From IMG/VR virus record IMGVR_UViG_3300021399_000141: 64,000 nucleotides of DNA. One strand, written 5' to 3'. Made by a program: the position numbers and the translations under genes. Within the stretch, counting starts at the first letter, position 1. The number at the start of each line of letters is the position of its first letter. Below the pieces are notes generated by a model. It did no database searches, was not told the DNA's origin, and worked only from the letters and a program-made list of their open reading frames with translations. Shown piece by piece: positions 58,327-64,000 of the stretch. Source of the stretch: a virus (Duplodnaviria > Heunggongvirae > Uroviricota > Caudoviricetes).

Positions 58327-58734
58327 TTACTTTCTTTTGACTCCGTCTTTGTCCATGTAATTACCCTTCTTGATCCAGTCAAGATTGAGCTTGATGAGCT
58401 CATGCATACGATCAGCGATCTTCTCCGCATAACGACGTTCGAAGCTGCTCACCTTCAACTCTTCACAAGCAATTTCATCGAGCACTTGGAGACAATACAC
58501 TGGTTCGAATGTGTCGCCTGCATGGTTATATACATCGAAGCGTCTGTTTATCTCTTCTCCGCCACGTTCCGCAATCTTATTTTGCGATGTACCTGAACTG
58601 ACGCCACCACTTACATATCCCGACCAGTTGTCCCAATACTGTGTGAATAGGTCCAAGTCAGATAGTTTGCTCCACATGATACGTTGGGCTTCGGTCAGTA
58701 GGGATTCTTGAATAGATTCAATTAGGCTTTTCAT
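58327..58734 (-). CDS. MKSL-N-terminus family protein
   Basis: starts MKSLIESIQESLLTEA. Confidence 0.45.
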   Translation of the reverse strand: MKSLIESIQESLLTEAQRIMWSKLSDLDLFTQYWDNWSGYVSGGVSSGTSQNKIAERGGEEINRRFDVYNHAGDTFEPVYCLQVLDEIACEELKVSSFERRYAEKIADRMHELIKLNLDWIKKGNYMDKDGVKRK

Positions 58735-58735
58735 A

Positions 58736-58993
58736 TTACTTCAGTTGCCCAACAAACGTTTTCAGTGCGTCTGTTGCTTTTTTGTATTTGTCATCCATAT
58801 CGTCTAGATATTCAGGGTCCTCGCGATAAACTAGTCCTGCTTTGAGACCCTCTACTATAGCACCCAGTACATTGTACATCTCGCGTTGGTCTGGTACTCC
58901 TTTAACCCAGGACTCCAAATAAGCGGCGATCTGCTTGGTATCGGTGCGACTTTCGTTGAGACTCTGATTCAACATCTCTTTTATGTCTTGCAT
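58736..58993 (-). CDS. hypothetical protein
   Basis: ORF track 85 aa. Confidence 0.45.
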   Translation of the reverse strand: MQDIKEMLNQSLNESRTDTKQIAAYLESWVKGVPDQREMYNVLGAIVEGLKAGLVYREDPEYLDDMDDKYKKATDALKTFVGQLK

Positions 58994-59023
58994 ATCAAAA
59001 ATGGTTTTTTTTAATCCTGAGAG

Positions 59024-60259
59024 TTATTCGGCTGGGGCTTCAGGTTCAGCTGTATCATTACAGTAATCATAGATAGTTTCACCTTCTGATGGATAATCAT
59101 TATCGACTAAATAATCCTCTGCAGATTCTCCTGCGAACGAATCATAAGCATTTGAACTATAGTATCCATTATAACCTTGTTCATTATATGTTTCATTTGG
59201 ATTTAGACTTACATATGTAGGATCTTCTGCTTCGTGTTCGATTGTGACTGTTACTTCTGGGTTATAACTATCATTGCAGTAATCATAGATAGTTGCACCA
59301 GCCTCTGGATATTTGTCATCAACTAAGTAATCATCAGCAGTTTCACCAGCCTCGGAATTATACATATCACTTTCATAGTATCCATTATAACCTTGTTCAC
59401 TATATGTTTCATTTGGATTTAATGATACTGTTTCAGAAGGTCCATCTTCATGTTCAATCGTAACATCCGCACCGGGTTCTTTCAACCACATATTTAAAGT
59501 CACATCAGTACCATCTGCTAATGTAATTGTAAACACTTCTTCTTTGTTATAATCATATGTTTGACCACCAACAACAGTTATTGTTTGCAAACTGCCAGGA
59601 TAAGCTGGTTCACCTGTCACATCATTGCCAACGAAGAAAGCACTATTTGCAATGCCTGTAACCCCACTACCAATAATCACAGATGTCAAACTGACGCAAT
59701 CAAAGAAAGCACCATATCCAATGCTTGTAACACTATTCGGGATCGTTATAGATGTCAAACCGACACAATTAAAGAAAGCGACTGCTCCGATTCGTGTAAC
59801 TGTTTTTGGTAAAACAATATTTTTTACATTGCATGTTAACCCTATTTTTGGATATATTATAAAAAATGGACCATCAGCGATCATTGTTTCTGCGTCATTA
59901 TCACCCAATATAGTCACGTCACCATCAAATGTCATGCACCACATCTGTTTTTCTTCATCAAACTTGTTAGAAACCACAGCCGGACCATTATATGTACCTC
60001 CCATGCTAATTATCCCTTCTATAATTCCACCAAAATCATAGATTTCACCATCAGTTGTGGTGTACCAAATCTCATTGGATGCCGGCCCCACAGGTTCAGG
60101 ACCTGGATTATATATTTCTTGATAAGCACCGAGTTGATGGATATGATCTTTAATGATCTGATCATCTAAGGATAATGTGCCTGCAACGAGTTGCTGTGCC
60201 AAACTCGAGTCTGTTAGGTACTTGTTATTTAGTACGTCATCAATAGACATGTTAGCCAT
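59024..60259 (-). CDS. BspA-type LRR protein with C-terminal repeated about 60-aa modules (tail-fiber or adhesin candidate)
   Basis: LRR units TSITIPNSVTSIG; two C-terminal modules ending DYLVD..YP..G.TIYDYCND; N-terminal 45 aa identical to next gene. Confidence 0.55.
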   Translation of the reverse strand: MANMSIDDVLNNKYLTDSSLAQQLVAGTLSLDDQIIKDHIHQLGAYQEIYNPGPEPVGPASNEIWYTTTDGEIYDFGGIIEGIISMGGTYNGPAVVSNKFDEEKQMWCMTFDGDVTILGDNDAETMIADGPFFIIYPKIGLTCNVKNIVLPKTVTRIGAVAFFNCVGLTSITIPNSVTSIGYGAFFDCVSLTSVIIGSGVTGIANSAFFVGNDVTGEPAYPGSLQTITVVGGQTYDYNKEEVFTITLADGTDVTLNMWLKEPGADVTIEHEDGPSETVSLNPNETYSEQGYNGYYESDMYNSEAGETADDYLVDDKYPEAGATIYDYCNDSYNPEVTVTIEHEAEDPTYVSLNPNETYNEQGYNGYYSSNAYDSFAGESAEDYLVDNDYPSEGETIYDYCNDTAEPEAPAE

Positions 60260-60296
60260 ATTCGTGTATTATGTATTTTTCTTAATTTGATTGAAA

Positions 60297-62381
60297 TTAT
60301 TCTGCTGGTTCTTCTGGCTCGGGCTCTTCAGGATCTGGTTCAGCTATATCATTACAGTAGTCATAAATGGTATCGCCTTCTGATGGATGTGTATCATTAA
60401 CTAAGTAATCATCAGCAGATTCATCGGTCTCGGAATTATAAGTATTTTGACTGTAGTATCCTGTATAACCATTGTCAGCATATGTTATCTCTGAATTTAG
60501 ACTTACATATGTAGGATCTTCTGCTTCGTGTTCGATTGTGACTGTTACTTCTGGGTTATAACTATTATTACAGTAATCATAGATAGTGTCGCCTGATTGA
60601 GGAGAATTATTATCAACTAAGAAATCATCAGCAGATTCGCCTGCATCCGAATTATAAGTATCTTGACTATAGTATCTTTCATATCCTTGTTCACCATATG
60701 TTTGGTTAGCATCTAATGATACTGTTTCCGGGTCTGCATCTTTATGTTCAATCGTAATCTTTACGTAAGTTGGATCTGGATCTAAAGCCGTATCATCAGC
60801 TAACACATACATATAATCAGGATCTAATGATTCATCCACATCAACAAGTGCAATATGATCAGGATCTACAAATTCATAATCTGTTGCTTTTACGATTGAT
60901 ATAGAGTGCCCAGATTCAGCATGATGGGCAACAGGCATTGTTACCCCCTGGAACTCTTGAGTTATAACAGTAAATCCGTAGGTAGATAATCCAGGAACGT
61001 CTTTTGTACCATTGACTAAAGTTGAAATAAATTCTCCAGCCGTCATAGGATGTTCATCTATTTTAACAGATCCGACGACATATAGAAAATGTGGTAAATG
61101 TTCTTTTCCGATTAGATCCACAAACCAGGATGCTTCTGCTAAAAGCGACGGAAATATCATGTTTGAATTATAAATCTCAACAACTGTACCATCAAAACAT
61201 TGATACTCACCTATACCAGTTCCGTCGAGCCAACCTTTGTCGATTCTAGCGCATTCTTTTTGTGTGCCCTCGTAATATACTTCATTAACACCGGATAGGG
61301 CACCCATTCCTATAGACGAAACACCGTTTGGTAAAGTTAATGTTAATGATGGTTTACGCTCTATAACTGCTTCAAATGTGTTATCAAACCAGCTTTGTTC
61401 AAGTGTTGTCAAATCATCGCTAAATGTAACTATTCCTTCGCCCTGTTTGTCATTAAATGTATGTTCGACATAATTTACTCCCTCTTTTATGGTTAACTGT
61501 TCAGGGGCAGTATATCGTATCTGGTTGTTATTTAACAGCGCTTCGATCCTATCTGCATATTCAGACCAAAATTCCTTATACGCATCAACCGAATCAGCAG
61601 GTACCATTATTAGACAGTCACTACCACTGAAGACGTCATTTCCTATGACTGGGGGATTTGGTGCTTTGCAGATAATAGGGTCTAAACCTTCACAGCCACC
61701 GAAAACATTGTCTCCGATGAATGTAACCCTGTCACCAATTATTGCGGATTTCAAACCGGTACAACCACCGAAAGCACGATCTCCAATACTTGTGACGCTA
61801 TCAGGAATCGTTATTGAGGTCAAACCGGTGCAACTCCAGAAAGCATGATTTCCAATACTGGTGACGCTGTTAGGAATCGTGATAGAGTTTAGACTACTGC
61901 AACCTCCGAAAGTCAAATCGCCAATTCGTGTAACCGTTTTTGGCAAAACAATAGTTTCTACATTGCAAGTTATGCTCATGTCTTTGTTTGTTCCAAAAAA
62001 TGGACCGTCAGCAGTAAATGCAACTAGATCAATATCACCCAATACTGTCACATCTTCATCGAATGTCAGGCACCACATTTGTTTTTCCTCATCAAACTCA
62101 TTAGAAACTACAGCAGGACCATTGTATGCGCCTCCCATACCAGTCAGCATTTCTATAATTCCAGCCAAATCATACATTTCACCATCTGATGTGGTGTACC
62201 AGATTTCTTTGCCAGAATCATCACCCGATCCATAAATTTCGATATATGCGCCGAGTTGATGGATGTGATCTTTAATGATCTGATCATCTAGGGATAGTGT
62301 GCCTGCAACGAGTTGCTGTGCTAAACTCGAGTCTGTTAGGTACTTGTTATTTAGTACGTCATCAATAGACATTTTTGCCAT
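60297..62381 (-). CDS. BspA-type LRR protein, larger paralog
   Basis: same N-terminus MAKMSIDDVLNNKYLTDSSLAQQLVAGTLSLDDQIIKDHIHQLGAY; LRR units; same C-terminal modules. Confidence 0.55.
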   Translation of the reverse strand: MAKMSIDDVLNNKYLTDSSLAQQLVAGTLSLDDQIIKDHIHQLGAYIEIYGSGDDSGKEIWYTTSDGEMYDLAGIIEMLTGMGGAYNGPAVVSNEFDEEKQMWCLTFDEDVTVLGDIDLVAFTADGPFFGTNKDMSITCNVETIVLPKTVTRIGDLTFGGCSSLNSITIPNSVTSIGNHAFWSCTGLTSITIPDSVTSIGDRAFGGCTGLKSAIIGDRVTFIGDNVFGGCEGLDPIICKAPNPPVIGNDVFSGSDCLIMVPADSVDAYKEFWSEYADRIEALLNNNQIRYTAPEQLTIKEGVNYVEHTFNDKQGEGIVTFSDDLTTLEQSWFDNTFEAVIERKPSLTLTLPNGVSSIGMGALSGVNEVYYEGTQKECARIDKGWLDGTGIGEYQCFDGTVVEIYNSNMIFPSLLAEASWFVDLIGKEHLPHFLYVVGSVKIDEHPMTAGEFISTLVNGTKDVPGLSTYGFTVITQEFQGVTMPVAHHAESGHSISIVKATDYEFVDPDHIALVDVDESLDPDYMYVLADDTALDPDPTYVKITIEHKDADPETVSLDANQTYGEQGYERYYSQDTYNSDAGESADDFLVDNNSPQSGDTIYDYCNNSYNPEVTVTIEHEAEDPTYVSLNSEITYADNGYTGYYSQNTYNSETDESADDYLVNDTHPSEGDTIYDYCNDIAEPDPEEPEPEEPAE

Positions 62382-62400
62382 ATTCGTATTGTATATTTTT

Positions 62401-62853
62401 TTAATTTTTCAAATCTTTTGCAAAATCACCCTTGGTATAATCCAAGTCGGTGATAACCCCTTCCCCATTGCGCACTTCTATATATCCTTGAGGAAAAGCA
62501 TTGAGCACTGCTCGTAGGTATCGATATGGAGTTAGTCCGTCCATCACATGTCCCGTCACAGGGTTCAGTACGAACAACTTATCATCGTTTGCAGGGATAA
62601 CACGATTTAGATAGTTTTTGCGGACTTTACCAGTGATTGGGATAGTGAACAACCATTTATTACGATACTCAATATGACCATCCTGGTATATGATGAAAGT
62701 GTCGTCGTCGTGTCTAAAGTCTAAGCCGATATCGCTAATCTTTGTTTTTAGACTTTGGGATAATTTTAGAGGCTTGCCGAACAGCTCCTTCATCTTTTTG
62801 TCGGCTGCTTCGTTAATGGTGCTTTCATATAAGGTTTCGATTAGACTTTTCAT
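62401..62853 (-). CDS. MKSL-N-terminus family protein
   Basis: starts MKSLIETLYESTINEA. Confidence 0.45.
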   Translation of the reverse strand: MKSLIETLYESTINEAADKKMKELFGKPLKLSQSLKTKISDIGLDFRHDDDTFIIYQDGHIEYRNKWLFTIPITGKVRKNYLNRVIPANDDKLFVLNPVTGHVMDGLTPYRYLRAVLNAFPQGYIEVRNGEGVITDLDYTKGDFAKDLKN

Positions 62854-62865
62854 ATTTATAGTTTT

Positions 62866-63258
62866 TTATTTATGCAAACCAAGATATAGCGTCCAGACAT
62901 CATCAGGGACATCCACTTCTACGTCTACTACATAACAGCCATCAAGCTCTTTTACTACAGCCTGCATGTCTTTTAGGTATGTCTCCCATTTACCAGAGCC
63001 GTTGAGACCACCATACAGTTTGATTATGTAGTGATCCGAATCCACCAAGAACACATCTACGACAGCCAGGTTAGAGGTCTCCTTGGCGTTTTTGATACTG
63101 GACAACGAATCCAATTTTTTATTGAGTTCGTCTGTCTTCGTCCACTTCTCACCGTACTTTTCGTACTTGTCTTGGAGTGTGTCCTTATCCTCGTTCACTA
63201 TCGAACGAAGGCACGACAGTATCCGATCCTCGATGATCATTTGTGTCAGACTTTTCAT
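62866..63258 (-). CDS. MKSL-N-terminus family protein
   Basis: starts MKSLTQMIIEDRIL. Confidence 0.45.
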   Translation of the reverse strand: MKSLTQMIIEDRILSCLRSIVNEDKDTLQDKYEKYGEKWTKTDELNKKLDSLSSIKNAKETSNLAVVDVFLVDSDHYIIKLYGGLNGSGKWETYLKDMQAVVKELDGCYVVDVEVDVPDDVWTLYLGLHK

Positions 63259-63272
63259 GCTTGTGCTATTTT

Positions 63273-63731
63273 TTATCTGTATTTACCCCTCATTACGCGC
63301 CATTCTCCTTCAAGGGTCCTCCAATAGTGTTTCAATTGGCTGACAGAAACAGAAACCATGCAATCCTTAGGTAGGTTTTCGAACACTCCGTTGAGATAAT
63401 CCGTCATGTCATCAGCGCGATTTTTCTCTATCTCTTTAGCGGCCTTGGTATTTTGCAGTTCGATGTCGAGTATATAAGCATCAGCTTGTTTTCCTGTATA
63501 ACCACTTTCACCCCACTTAGGTTTTACATCAGGTAGCTCAACAGTTAGTTTTTTGAGATCTTTGACAGTTATATTTGGGTCAAGACCGAAAATGTTCAGT
63601 CTCTTGCTGTAACTCTGGGTCTCAGGATCTCTTTCGTATGTAAATTGCAAACCTCCTTTGTCCACGAGATTTTGACTAGCAAATCTCTCACATATAATGG
63701 ATTCCTTTAAAAATTCAGATAAACTTTTCAT
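63273..63731 (-). CDS. MKSL-N-terminus family protein
   Basis: starts MKSLSEFLKESIICE. Confidence 0.45.
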   Translation of the reverse strand: MKSLSEFLKESIICERFASQNLVDKGGLQFTYERDPETQSYSKRLNIFGLDPNITVKDLKKLTVELPDVKPKWGESGYTGKQADAYILDIELQNTKAAKEIEKNRADDMTDYLNGVFENLPKDCMVSVSVSQLKHYWRTLEGEWRVMRGKYR

Positions 63732-63761
63732 ATATAGATCATTTTTTGATGTCTTTTGAGC

Positions 63762-63977
63762 TCAGGTACACGACTGATGTGCGTGTTTCTGGGTACTGCA
63801 ATTTGAATGATGGGTTATCAATAATAGCCCAGCACAAATTCGACATCGTCTTCGGATCGCGTTTGTGTTGATCCAACCAACCGTCTGTAAACATAATAAC
63901 CAATTCTGACTGAGTTCGTGAGAAACGTTTGTCGTTTCGGAGGAAATCCCAACATGCCTGTTGGTAGTTACCACCAC
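63762..63977 (-). CDS. hypothetical protein, possibly truncated by window edge
   Basis: ORF track 71 aa. Confidence 0.3.
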   Translation of the reverse strand: MVVTTNRHVGISSETTNVSHELSQNWLLCLQTVGWINTNAIRRRCRICAGLLLITHHSNCSTQKHAHQSCT

Positions 63978-64000
63978 GTCCTTTGACGGTGGCTACTTTG

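Noticed and set aside
59561-62235. Plus-strand ORFs inside the BspA-LRR genes (59561..59812, 59625..60041, 61489..61848, 61861..62235)
   Set aside because: They are antisense to repeat-rich coding sequence. Their periodic Pro/Lys/Thr patterns simply mirror the LRR repeats on the other strand.

Overview
This 64-kb window reads as part of a large double-stranded DNA phage genome. Nearly all genes lie on the minus strand, with one plus-strand module at 9335-14324. Gene content includes an anaerobic ribonucleotide reductase (NrdD), thymidylate synthase ThyX, BspA-type leucine-rich-repeat proteins and an endolysin, which suggests an anaerobe-infecting, possibly Bacteroidota or crAss-like, phage. 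That host assignment is inference only. The dominant feature is a minus-strand tRNA gene array of about 12 kb (15.97-28.04 kb) with at least 34 canonical tRNAs that together decode all 20 amino acids, including four CAT-anticodon tRNAs. Interspersed with these are tRNA-like genes whose anticodon arm is missing or replaced, tRNA fragments, repeats, and unexplained 150-850 bp non-coding spacers. The array is interrupted by a 2.5-kb coding insert (polynucleotide kinase-phosphatase and small proteins) and contains an embedded GNAT acetyltransferase. The protein-coding regions are dense with short genes (a prohead-protease-like gene at the 5-prime end, two extra P-loop kinases, a candidate tape-measure-like membrane protein, a small-protein island at 28.3-30.4 kb). 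The 30.5-64 kb half carries an SPFH/flotillin-like protein, ATP-dependent ligase, HAD phosphatase, metallophosphoesterase, nucleoside deoxyribosyltransferase-like protein, a family of MKSL N-terminus paralogs and BspA-LRR paralogs. About 20 intergenic copies of a bipartite promoter-like motif (coding-strand CAYTAAA, fixed about 16-nt spacer, TTATATAT), usually preceded by a terminator hairpin, punctuate both coding and tRNA regions. All calls were made by eye from the sequence and ORF track; coordinates of RNA genes are approximate to within a few nt.
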